Shown here piece after piece: positions 7,583 to 16,915 of a DNA stretch of 64,000 nt. Source of the stretch: a virus; the IMG/VR virus record IMGVR_UViG_3300021960_000046, positions 1 to 64,000 of that record. One strand, 5' to 3'. The notes below the pieces were generated by a model. It did not search any database and was not told the origin of the DNA. It worked only from the letters and a program-made list of their open reading frames with translations. The stretch's first letter is position 1. Every line of letters starts with the position of its first letter. The translations under genes and the position numbers were made by a program.

Positions 7583-9388
7583 TTATTTTCTCCCTTTAAG
7601 TTTTTTGGATAGAATATCATCTACCAATTTTATAGCGCCTTCTGGTACACAATTAGGTACTTCTTTGCCGCCTTTTTTCTTCATGCCTACCATTTTATAT
7701 CCCTTCCAACAAGGGTCGTTTTCAATTCTATCTGAACCTTCGTTCTGTTCTAGTTTGCCACCTGCGTCTGTGAAAGCTGCGATAGCCATATTCTTTTTAT
7801 CTTCTTTTGACTTACCTTTAAACTGAGGTGCGTCTGAGTTTACAAAGTCATCAATCCAAGTACCTAAACCATCTGATACTTTTAATTTTTCATTGATAAC
7901 TTCTTCACCTAAAATAGTCTTAACGGTTTTTACATCTAATTTTAATGCTTTAGCAATTTCTTCAGATGATTTACCTGCGTCTTGCATTGCTGAAATAGCA
8001 GACATCTTACCTTCATCTACATTGTCCTCTCTGATTGGAGGGAATGGAGCGCCAGCATTTCCTACCATACCAAGATACTTTCTTAATAAAGCAGCTTGAG
8101 TAGGACTAATTTGTTTATTGCCAAACATTTCATTATATAATTTACTTTCTTTTAATTTAGGGTAATACTTTTTATCAAATGCATTTCTTTTTGAGTAATC
8201 TGGTTCTGTGATAGAACCTCTTTTCATATGTCTATCATAGATACCTTGCATTTCTTTTTTCTCAGCAGGTGTACCAAACTTCTTAACAAGTTCTAATGCA
8301 TTTAAAGAATGTTCGTTTTCATCTTCATTCTTGTCGTAATCTTTTTTATTAAATTCGTCTAGTGATTCCTCTTTTACTTCATCTTTTTTTACTTCATCTT
8401 TCTTCATCTTATCTTTGATAAGTTTATATGCTAGACCAATTTTTAATAGTGGTTCACCAGTCTCAGGATTTACCTGTACTTGTGTTTGTTTCTGAATTGC
8501 TTTTTGCTTTTCAGTTTCAATCTTTTGTTTTAACATTGCAACTTCACTATCTTTTTTTGCAAGGTCTTTTTTATCTTTCTCATCACCAGCAGCTTCTTTA
8601 GGTTCCATAGAAACTTTGGCTTCGGGGTCACTAGCTTTATCAAAAGGTTTCTTATCTTGTTTCTCATCTTTTGCTGGTTTAGTAGGGTTAACCACTTCAT
8701 TCATTTGATTTAGTTCTTCAACAGCAATATCAATACCTTCTTTTCTTAACGAAATAAGTTTGTCTGCTTTGTAACCGTGTTTAGAGATTAATCTTGCACT
8801 TGCTAAAGATGATACAAATGGAACATCTGCTTTATATAATTTTTCTAAAGCAGTTTTATTATTATCTATTGTAGATAACATTGCTCTTAACTTATTAGCA
8901 TTGTCAATAGAAATCTTTTTATCTCTTAAAGGTTCGTATGCCTTTTTAAGTTGTGCAATTTGAGTATCACTAAATGCTTCATCTAGTTCTTCGTTAGTTC
9001 TTTTTAAAACCTTTTGTACATCTGGATGATTTGATAACCCTTTTGCAATCTTTTCGATAGCTGAAACAGCACCTGTCATATTGCCACCTTTGTATCTCTT
9101 ATCGTTTGCAATACCGTATGCCATTTTAATTTGTTGGTCTGTGAAACCTTTATCTTCATTTACATCTTCTTTGATACGAACATAAAATCTGTTGTTAAAA
9201 GGAGATTGGTACACATCTGCGTCATGCCCCATTTCCTTATTTGCCTTGTCGGCCATTTGTTGTGCAACTGCTCTATTAGGTAAAGCATTGCCTAATACTT
9301 TTACCCCGTTACGCAACTTATTAATTTCTTTTTCGGACAAATGCACCATTTCCATTGCTTCTGCCATTGTTTGTCTGTATCTAGTCAT
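7583..9388 (-). CDS. Large modular internal-head-like protein
   Basis: Short modules separated by VNE/LDE/VDE/INE sites; C-terminal PCWKGYKMVGMKKKGGKEVPNCVPE motif. Confidence 0.6.
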   Translation of the reverse strand: MTRYRQTMAEAMEMVHLSEKEINKLRNGVKVLGNALPNRAVAQQMADKANKEMGHDADVYQSPFNNRFYVRIKEDVNEDKGFTDQQIKMAYGIANDKRYKGGNMTGAVSAIEKIAKGLSNHPDVQKVLKRTNEELDEAFSDTQIAQLKKAYEPLRDKKISIDNANKLRAMLSTIDNNKTALEKLYKADVPFVSSLASARLISKHGYKADKLISLRKEGIDIAVEELNQMNEVVNPTKPAKDEKQDKKPFDKASDPEAKVSMEPKEAAGDEKDKKDLAKKDSEVAMLKQKIETEKQKAIQKQTQVQVNPETGEPLLKIGLAYKLIKDKMKKDEVKKDEVKEESLDEFNKKDYDKNEDENEHSLNALELVKKFGTPAEKKEMQGIYDRHMKRGSITEPDYSKRNAFDKKYYPKLKESKLYNEMFGNKQISPTQAALLRKYLGMVGNAGAPFPPIREDNVDEGKMSAISAMQDAGKSSEEIAKALKLDVKTVKTILGEEVINEKLKVSDGLGTWIDDFVNSDAPQFKGKSKEDKKNMAIAAFTDAGGKLEQNEGSDRIENDPCWKGYKMVGMKKKGGKEVPNCVPEGAIKLVDDILSKKLKGRK

Positions 9389-9671
9389 GTTCCTCTATCT
9401 CTATCTTTAGTTGACCGTTTCCTTTATGTAAACGGTGGTAAATTCCTTTTTCTATTTTTATCACATTACCTGGTTGTAACTCAAAGGGAAGTTCATTATC
9501 TTTTTGAAACTTCCATCCATCACAAATCAAAACTTTAAAACTTCTAGTTTTGTGGTCACGGTGCCATACTAATTCGTCATTATCAACATCATCAAATGTT
9601 CTGACAAAACCATTGTCGAACAAGTTTAATTGGTCTGAGTATGGTTTACCAGTAGAAATTTCCACCACCAC
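9381..9671 (-). CDS. Small cupin-like protein
   Basis: LVWHRD...GWKFQKDNELP...IYHRLHKG, His spacing of a cupin fold. Confidence 0.6.
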   Translation of the reverse strand: MVVEISTGKPYSDQLNLFDNGFVRTFDDVDNDELVWHRDHKTRSFKVLICDGWKFQKDNELPFELQPGNVIKIEKGIYHRLHKGNGQLKIEIEEHD

Positions 9672-10191
9672 TCAATCCTAAACTCTTAGCATATCGTGGC
9701 AAATTACAAGCCCAATATGCGGCCTTTGTTTTATCTTTTTGCTGGTCACATCTGTGCCTAGCCGCAAAAGATTTTCTGGCCTCAGGATTATTTAACTTTA
9801 CTTTTAATCCAGTTGTGTCGCCCCAAGTAACTTTCTTAATCTTGTCACCGTCTTTGACGAACACATAAAACTTTTTAGGTCCACCTTTTTTTGGTTTATT
9901 TAAAGGCGGATTCTTTTCTTCTTCTTCTTGTATCGGTATATCTAGTGGTACTTTTTGTTCTTCATACACACCAAACTCACCAATATCACTCTCTAATAAT
10001 TGGATGTCCCAATCAGATAAACCATTTAGTACACCCTCATTATATAATTTTCTTGCCTCTGTAAATAGATTATAAAATTCTTCACTATGAATTCTATAAA
10101 TGTTTTCTGCAAAAGGTATTTTGTTCTCTACATGGTAGTGAACAGCCTCAGTAACATTGTTCTTATAATCTGCAAAACTAATTAGTTTCAT
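9646..10191 (-). CDS. Conserved phage protein with C-terminal DUF6321-like domain
   Basis: KKFYVFVK...KKVTWGD...ARKSFAARHRC...AAYWAC motif; CTS-like start MKLISFADY. Confidence 0.65.
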   Translation of the reverse strand: MKLISFADYKNNVTEAVHYHVENKIPFAENIYRIHSEEFYNLFTEARKLYNEGVLNGLSDWDIQLLESDIGEFGVYEEQKVPLDIPIQEEEEKNPPLNKPKKGGPKKFYVFVKDGDKIKKVTWGDTTGLKVKLNNPEARKSFAARHRCDQQKDKTKAAYWACNLPRYAKSLGLSGGGNFYW

Positions 10192-12305
10192 AGTCTCTCC
10201 ATCATTTTAGCAACCACTTCATCTAGTCTTGCTTTCCATTCTGTTTTATATCTTTGCTTATATTTATCTATTACGGACTCTGAGGATGCCCATTCTTTTA
10301 CATCTTTATGAGTTACTTCTTTTTCAATGTCTGGTGACATTAACTTAGTAGGTTGTACAACCTTTTTATTACCCTCTGGTTCACTAGGTTTGTAGTTACC
10401 ACCTTGATAGTTCTTGTCATATAAGTGTTGACCTGGTGTCATTTTAGCTGTGTGTTGTGCATAATCATGGCCAATATCATAGGATTCTTTGAATGATTTA
10501 ATTCTTTTTGGTGGTTCTGATACTGCCTCAAAACCGTAGTCAACATTTAAATTATGTTCTCTTAATTCTACTTCTCTATCACTAGCCAATGGTACACAAT
10601 CCCATATCCATGCCTTATGTAGATTGTTTTTCTTATCTTCTACTACGATATAGTTTGTACTTCTTCTAACAACTTTACCTTTAATGTCTTCTTTAACATA
10701 GTGTACCTCTTCATTGATACCAAAAATCATATCTCTAACATAGAGGTCTCTGATTTGTTGTTGTTCAAACTCTTGTAAACTTGCAATAGGTTTATTGTCA
10801 TAACCCAAAGTATGATTAACCGAAGCAGCCAACTTCATACCCTTTCGTACATCTTTCATTAATGCGTCTGCGTCAACGCCACTTGGTAATCCTTTTTGAA
10901 ATGATTTTAAATCACCTTTAGCAGCTGCGTCTCTCATTTTAGAGGCAGACATACCAGTTGCACCTTCAGCGTCTGGATCTCTTTCGCCAGCAGACACAAC
11001 ATTAATCTTGTCAAAGTTATAATAACCATGGCGAGATTTTACATCATTGTATTTGTTTAAGATAGTATCAAATTCTCTTACTCTATCACTACCAACTACC
11101 ATAGATATTTCTTTATACCCTTTGTTGTGCAACATAGTAGCAATGTCTAACACCATGTTAGTGGTATTAATCTGTATGTTTCTTGCATGACTAGGGAACA
11201 TCTTTTTCATGTAAGATAGTTTTTGTTGTGGTGTTAATGGATTCTTTTTAGGGTCATTACTTCTACTTAAAAAGATTTTGTAATCATTAACAGGCAATGA
11301 CTTCACTTTATTAATTAGTTTTTCGTGGCCAATAGTTGGTGGATTAAATCTACCAAAAGTAAATGCAACACTCTTAGCTTCGTTTAATGGTTTTAGTAGT
11401 GCTGGTATTTCAGCATTTTCTTTTTTCAAACTATCAATCTCTGCGTCTGTTACTTCACCATCATCTAAAATCTTCTTACACTTCTTATAGAATTTTAGAT
11501 AGTGATACTTCTCTAACATTTTATAGATGACATTTTTAGGCAATCTGTTCTTAACACCATATTGTCTAATCTCATCTGGCGACATATCTTTATCAAAGGC
11601 AGCTCTTCTTTCTGCGTCCACATTATCACCTATTTTAACAATCTGTTTAATACTATCTTCAATCTCTTCTAGTTTTTCATTAATCTTATCTTGTAGGTCT
11701 AGTATATCATCTGGAGATAGTTCTGTCAACTCATCATAGTCAATAATATCTCTTTTTAATTCGCCTTTGACAACATCAAGTTCTTGCACTTTTCTATTGA
11801 AGTCTTGTAGGTACATATTAACATCAAAGGTAAAATCTTCTGGTCGTTTGATGAATTTGTTATTTTCAATATCGAATACTGCGTCAGCCTTTTTGTTTTG
11901 GTCTTCATAAGTTTTCTTATCAGTAATAAAATAGTAGTTAATAGGGTGTTTAGTTCCTGGTATTTCTTTACCTTGGATGTTGTCTGGATTATTAGCAGAC
12001 AAATATTGTTTAGAAAGTCTTACTCTTTCTTCTTCTTGTTTATCAGCAGGTACATCAAACAATACATTGATATCTAAGTCTGCGTCATTTCTATATCTCT
12101 TTGTAAGAATAGAACCAATTAAAGAAGTCTTTAATACAGGATATTCTTTTGAAAAAATCTTTAATTGGTCATCAATTAATTTCTTAACACTAGATTTAAT
12201 TTTAGGATTATTAGTGTTGGCGTCATCAAATACACCTGGCGCAAATGTCTTGCGAGGTATATCAATAATACTTTCTACAATATAATCTTTAAATTTCTTG
12301 TACAT
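10188..12305 (-). CDS. Fusion of Pol-beta-type nucleotidyltransferase and HIGH-class cytidylyltransferase-like domain
   Basis: GSILTKRYRNDADLDINV (GS..DxD) in the N-half; FGRFNPPTIGH, VVGSDR and MSASKMR in the C-half. Confidence 0.8.
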   Translation of the reverse strand: MYKKFKDYIVESIIDIPRKTFAPGVFDDANTNNPKIKSSVKKLIDDQLKIFSKEYPVLKTSLIGSILTKRYRNDADLDINVLFDVPADKQEEERVRLSKQYLSANNPDNIQGKEIPGTKHPINYYFITDKKTYEDQNKKADAVFDIENNKFIKRPEDFTFDVNMYLQDFNRKVQELDVVKGELKRDIIDYDELTELSPDDILDLQDKINEKLEEIEDSIKQIVKIGDNVDAERRAAFDKDMSPDEIRQYGVKNRLPKNVIYKMLEKYHYLKFYKKCKKILDDGEVTDAEIDSLKKENAEIPALLKPLNEAKSVAFTFGRFNPPTIGHEKLINKVKSLPVNDYKIFLSRSNDPKKNPLTPQQKLSYMKKMFPSHARNIQINTTNMVLDIATMLHNKGYKEISMVVGSDRVREFDTILNKYNDVKSRHGYYNFDKINVVSAGERDPDAEGATGMSASKMRDAAAKGDLKSFQKGLPSGVDADALMKDVRKGMKLAASVNHTLGYDNKPIASLQEFEQQQIRDLYVRDMIFGINEEVHYVKEDIKGKVVRRSTNYIVVEDKKNNLHKAWIWDCVPLASDREVELREHNLNVDYGFEAVSEPPKRIKSFKESYDIGHDYAQHTAKMTPGQHLYDKNYQGGNYKPSEPEGNKKVVQPTKLMSPDIEKEVTHKDVKEWASSESVIDKYKQRYKTEWKARLDEVVAKMMERL

Positions 12306-12998
12306 TTATTTTCTTCTTGCTCTTCGTTCTGTAGCCATCCATCTTTTTGCTGTGTATGACTTTATAGGTTGTGATAGTAAACCTCTTACTGATTTACTTA
12401 CTTTACTCATAACAATATCTGTTAATTCTTTATCTGATATATTGTTATCAATAATAATCATATTAGCTGCACCAAATAAGTTTTGAAACTTACCAATATT
12501 TGCTTGAACACCTTTCCAAGATGATGTTGTAATATCTTCTGGTACACTTCTATATCTTAATCTGTTTCTTTCTAACGCCACCTCTAAACTTGTGTTAACA
12601 AAAATCATATAGGTATCGTAACCTAATTCTTTTAACATTCTTGCTTGATAAGAAATCTTATCGTAATCTCTGCCTGTACCATCAATAACTAAACCTAATC
12701 TACCATTGATTGCCAAGTCCATTTGATTACCAATTATTGCCTTTGCTCTATCTCTTATCATATCTCTGGATTCTGCCTCATCATCTGGCATTTTTAAAGA
12801 TAGACCTGCCTTTTTCAATCCTCTTTCAAAGGCATTATCTGAATTAATCTGTTTTAAACCTGTACCACCAAATGCATTTTTAGTAACAAATGTTTTACCT
12901 GAACCAGGACCACCTGCTAAAAAGAATGCCTTAAAGATATTAGGGTCATATAGACCTTCGTTTAAAACATTAGTTGTTAATTCGTTATATGTTCTCAT
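12306..12998 (-). CDS. P-loop kinase, zeta-toxin/AAA_33-like
   Basis: FLAGGPGSGKT Walker A, INSD, LVIDGTG, VALERNRLR lid motif. Confidence 0.75.
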   Translation of the reverse strand: MRTYNELTTNVLNEGLYDPNIFKAFFLAGGPGSGKTFVTKNAFGGTGLKQINSDNAFERGLKKAGLSLKMPDDEAESRDMIRDRAKAIIGNQMDLAINGRLGLVIDGTGRDYDKISYQARMLKELGYDTYMIFVNTSLEVALERNRLRYRSVPEDITTSSWKGVQANIGKFQNLFGAANMIIIDNNISDKELTDIVMSKVSKSVRGLLSQPIKSYTAKRWMATERRARRK

Positions 12999-13570
12999 TG
13001 TACTTTCTTAATAATTTCTGCGGCTATTTTCTCTGGTGTACTACCCTCTGCCTTAATATTAATAATTTCATTCTTATAGTAATCTAATAGAGGTGCTGTT
13101 TCTTTATGATAAACTTCTAATCTTTTCTTAATGATTTCTGGTTTATCATCTTCTCTACCTCTTGCTGTTAATCTTTTAATAACTTCTTCCTCAGATACTA
13201 CAAGATTGACAACATAATCGTATTCAATACCTTCTTCTTCCATTCGTTCTGCTTGTTCAACATTACGAGGGAAACCATCAAACACATATCCTTTTTGTGC
13301 GTCTGGTTTAGAAACTCTTTCTTTAACTGCATTAATAACAATATTTAATGGTGCAAATTTACCTTGTGATAACAAGTCTTTTACTTTCTTACCATCAGGT
13401 GTATTCTGTTTTGCTAAAGCTCTCATCATATCACCAGTATAAATGTGAGGTATATTTAATTCTTTGCAAATAATTTGTGAGTAAGTTGACTTACCTGCAC
13501 CAGGTCCACCAATCATAATGATTTTTGGTTTATTGATTGCTTCGAAAAAATATTGTTTAAATCCTAACAT
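12995..13570 (-). CDS. adk: Adenylate kinase (short-LID type)
   Basis: GGPGAGKST, HIYTGDMMR, VFDGFPRN, RGREDD. Confidence 0.9.
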   Translation of the reverse strand: MLGFKQYFFEAINKPKIIMIGGPGAGKSTYSQIICKELNIPHIYTGDMMRALAKQNTPDGKKVKDLLSQGKFAPLNIVINAVKERVSKPDAQKGYVFDGFPRNVEQAERMEEEGIEYDYVVNLVVSEEEVIKRLTARGREDDKPEIIKKRLEVYHKETAPLLDYYKNEIINIKAEGSTPEKIAAEIIKKVQ

Positions 13571-14310
13571 TATACTTCCATAGTCCTAGGTACATCTACT
13601 AACAGACCATCAAAGGCTGCTGTATATCTACCGTTATTACTTCTTGTTGTTAATCTAAAATCTATATCTGATTTTTCTGGCACTCTAAATGGCACTTCAA
13701 ATTTATATTCATAACCATCTGAACCTGAAACTTCAAAAGTGTGTTGTATTCTAAATGATGTTTGGCCAAAAAATCTTACATAAAAGAAACCTGAAGCGTC
13801 AGCACCTGCTTGAGATGTACAAGCACCTTTTAATAATAATAAATCTTTACCAGCAGGTACGGTATAAACCAGCATTAAAGTTTGTGCTAAACCCACATTA
13901 ATATGCAACACGGTATCTGCACCTATTGTTACATCAATTGCACCAACATTGTTTTCTCCTGTTGAAATATAACCTCTATACACTCTTAAAAATTGTTTTG
14001 TTGTACTTGCTGTACCACTACTTGACAATGTAATTGTATCTGATATTTCATTATAGTTTGAATCCAATCCTAAAATTGTTAAAATCTTTCCGTTATCACT
14101 TGCGTTAACGGCCTGTGCTGTTAATACACTTGCACTTGTTAATGCTGACCAAGGATATAAAGTATCATTTTTATCCCAACAAGTACCTGTTGTGTTAATA
14201 GACAATTGAGGTACTGCACCAAATTTGTGTATGCTTGAAGACCCTCTTATAAGGCCTCTAGCAATTTGATAATTCTGTTCGTGTATATAACTTGTTGCCA
14301 TTAATTCCAA
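13570..14310 (-). CDS. Hypothetical, probably virion-associated protein
   Basis: QIARG...HKFG motif and YTVPAG, beta-rich composition. Confidence 0.55.
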   Translation of the reverse strand: MELMATSYIHEQNYQIARGLIRGSSSIHKFGAVPQLSINTTGTCWDKNDTLYPWSALTSASVLTAQAVNASDNGKILTILGLDSNYNEISDTITLSSSGTASTTKQFLRVYRGYISTGENNVGAIDVTIGADTVLHINVGLAQTLMLVYTVPAGKDLLLLKGACTSQAGADASGFFYVRFFGQTSFRIQHTFEVSGSDGYEYKFEVPFRVPEKSDIDFRLTTRSNNGRYTAAFDGLLVDVPRTMEV

Positions 14311-15518
14311 CCTTTAGGTAAAGTAAAGTTTGTTCTACTAAACTCTAACCTATCTACTAATTTAACTGCTCCCGCTTTTCTATCTACAGCAACAAAACCT
14401 TCTGGCGCTGTAACTCTATAACCTTTTCCGTCTCGTATAAAGTGACCAATACTTTGTATTTGTGACATCTTTTGTACTAAAGTATTCTTCGCATTGCCTA
14501 AAGTAATGTGACTTGCAATTGCAAAATATAAACCCGTTTGGTTACTATCAATAAATTTTAGACCGTCTTTTAGTGCTTGTCTATATTTAGACTTGCCGTT
14601 TTCTGTCTTCTTAGCGTCTATCTCTGCTTGTAACATATTCTCAAAGTAATCTCTAAATTGTTTTTGCATAACACGGACTTTATCCATGCCTGCATTTGAA
14701 TTCTTAATGTAGTAATTAAAGAATGTTTTTAATCTACCACCAACCGACAACATATCTGTGCCGTGTTTTTCCATTTCATCTAAAACTGGTTTTGCTTTTG
14801 ACAATGAACCCTCTGCCATTCTAATCTGTGCGTCAAACTTAGCTAAGTCTGCTTTGTCAAATGTTGCCTCACCAGACACATCTCTGTATGAAGCAGAGGC
14901 TAAAAATACTCTACTAGATGTATTACCTTTTACGGTACCAAAACTAGCATTTAAGTTTTTCATATCTTTGCCTGAATATCTAGTGTGAAATACTATACCG
15001 ATATTTGCTTTGTCAATTCGTTTACCAATAGCACTATCTACTGGTACTGCATATGTAATTGTGTTAGGTGTAAAAGTAATCATCTTCTCACCTTCTATGT
15101 TGGCAATTTTCTTATCGTCTGTAAACAACAAGTCGCCTTGTAATACATCTTTAATACCTAATCTTTTTAATTCATTGAACGCTGAGATGAGTTTTGCACC
15201 TGCACCAGATGTACCATGGTTCTTTTTAATATCTGCAATAGAGTAATTGATTTTAGGTGTTACATTGAATACTGATTTAGTACCAACAAAGAATTTACCA
15301 TTCTCTGGATTGATACCACAGATAATGGCAGGCGCACCGTCCCATTTAACCGTGATGTTGAGTTTACCACCAACACTACCGGCTAACATGTCTCGTACTG
15401 ACCTTAGAAAGTTTATAGCATTATCACCACCTTTAGAACCACGGTTGATGATATCATCTTCCAGATGTTCTAAGTGTGTGTTAGTACCACTTGATTGAAA
15501 CCCTTTAAAACTAAACAT
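14301..15518 (-). CDS. DUF6267-like protein with ATP-dependent ligase/capping-fold motifs
   Basis: THLEHLED N-terminus; TVKWDG (KxDG), LQGDLLF, PEGFVA, VKLVDR. Confidence 0.7.
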   Translation of the reverse strand: MFSFKGFQSSGTNTHLEHLEDDIINRGSKGGDNAINFLRSVRDMLAGSVGGKLNITVKWDGAPAIICGINPENGKFFVGTKSVFNVTPKINYSIADIKKNHGTSGAGAKLISAFNELKRLGIKDVLQGDLLFTDDKKIANIEGEKMITFTPNTITYAVPVDSAIGKRIDKANIGIVFHTRYSGKDMKNLNASFGTVKGNTSSRVFLASASYRDVSGEATFDKADLAKFDAQIRMAEGSLSKAKPVLDEMEKHGTDMLSVGGRLKTFFNYYIKNSNAGMDKVRVMQKQFRDYFENMLQAEIDAKKTENGKSKYRQALKDGLKFIDSNQTGLYFAIASHITLGNAKNTLVQKMSQIQSIGHFIRDGKGYRVTAPEGFVAVDRKAGAVKLVDRLEFSRTNFTLPKGWN

Positions 15519-15539
15519 TTTTCTCTCTCATTTGTGTCC

Positions 15540-15632
15540 ATTATACAAAATTTCCATTCATTTGGCAAGCACTTTTTTGCTTTTTTTTCATAAAATCCAT
15601 CAATATAATCATCTAGTTATACACTATTTATT
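15540..15632 (-). promoter_or_regulatory. Tandem late-type (AATAAATA) and sigma70 (TTGCCA-17-TATAAT) promoters
   Basis: -10 at 15540..15545, -35 at 15563..15568 with A-tract upstream; AATAAATA at 15625..15632. Confidence 0.7.
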
Positions 15633-16899
15633 CATTTAGACCATTGTACTTGACAGCTAAATTGAAAAATTGACCTAATTTATGCTCAACTCCAACCTTA
15701 TTTGACCTTACCGCCATACTCATAGTGCCTATCTTTTTGTTTTTATTGTACAAATGTATATCAAAATTCTGTTTTGAGGTCTGTGAAGCCTTTGCTTCCA
15801 CCTTGGTGACCTCTGATAATAAGACGCCTAGTCTGTTACTATCTTTGACCTCTTTGTGGTCATTACCATATGCTTTGACAATGGTAACAGGCACATCACT
15901 TTGTTTTAATATCTGACTTCTACAATAATTAATAAAGGTCTTAACATCTTTGGTCATAGTATAACCTAACTTGTTTCTAATAAGAGCCAAGTTTGCGTCA
16001 TAAAACTTTTCATACTTTTCAGGTTCATCTCTTTCAAACTTATCTAATACTTTATAAGTTTTACTTCGCCAAGCCGCTTCATCATAGTGTTTATCTAAAC
16101 CTGGTATTTTACTATAACTTGTTTTATACAAGTCTTCTCTCAGTCGTTTAATTTGGGTGCCGTTAGGTTCGAAATGATAATACACTTTATTAACATAAGT
16201 GTTTAACAAGGGCTCTTTTGTGGACTCACCACCTGCTTTTAAAGATACACCTAATATTGTACCATCTGAAAAGAATACTGCTATATCAGCTGGCGAGTTA
16301 GCAGGAACACCAGTTGGTTTTGCTCTGTAAGTCCAATAGACATTACTAATTGTTTTCTTTGCGTGTAATTTTTCTAAGTATCTTGTAATAGCAACTGCGT
16401 TTTGCATTTTCTCTTTGTACTTAGAGGACTCTGGCATTTGTTCTAAGAAATCTTTACCAGCCTTTGCGTCTGATTGATTAACATAACATTTTTGTGTTGC
16501 GTTATTTAATTTTAAAACTCTTTCATACAATCTTTGTGGATCTCTTTCTTTGATATTATTAAGAAAGGCCAAACAAGGTACGAGTTCTGTAATCGTGGAG
16601 TTTAAAGTGGTCTCTGTCATACCACCTGACATTGGTTTATATACCACTCTGACAACGGTAGTACCAATAGTTGTTTCTGTTATGTCTTCACTTGATAAAG
16701 AAGTTTTCTTTACAATAACAGGTAATTTTTTAGATTTGAAATGATTGCCTACATGTTTTCTTGCTGTAGCTCTATCAGCTGCTCTAGCAAAAAATACATC
16801 AACGGTCTTTGTTGATTTCTTTTCTTCGAAACTCAATATAGCCCCAGCCTTCTTAGCGGCCTGTTCTACTAATTGATATTGTGTTTTTGTAAGTAACAT
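15628..16899 (-). CDS. PD-(D/E)XK restriction-endonuclease-like protein
   Basis: ITELVPC...NSPADIAV...GVSLKAG arrangement (E, PxD, SxK). Confidence 0.6.
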   Translation of the reverse strand: MLLTKTQYQLVEQAAKKAGAILSFEEKKSTKTVDVFFARAADRATARKHVGNHFKSKKLPVIVKKTSLSSEDITETTIGTTVVRVVYKPMSGGMTETTLNSTITELVPCLAFLNNIKERDPQRLYERVLKLNNATQKCYVNQSDAKAGKDFLEQMPESSKYKEKMQNAVAITRYLEKLHAKKTISNVYWTYRAKPTGVPANSPADIAVFFSDGTILGVSLKAGGESTKEPLLNTYVNKVYYHFEPNGTQIKRLREDLYKTSYSKIPGLDKHYDEAAWRSKTYKVLDKFERDEPEKYEKFYDANLALIRNKLGYTMTKDVKTFINYCRSQILKQSDVPVTIVKAYGNDHKEVKDSNRLGVLLSEVTKVEAKASQTSKQNFDIHLYNKNKKIGTMSMAVRSNKVGVEHKLGQFFNLAVKYNGLNE

Positions 16900-16915
16900 T
16901 TCTCTCTCCTATACA

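Noticed and set aside
8374-8410. Short tandem repeat encoding KKDEVKKDEVKEE
   Set aside because: Simple low-complexity coding duplication in a charged linker; no evidence of separate function.
12306-12998. Classical epsilon-zeta toxin-antitoxin module
   Set aside because: The kinase fold is zeta-like, but there is no adjacent small antitoxin; its neighbours are adk and an NTase, so substrate and toxicity cannot be inferred.
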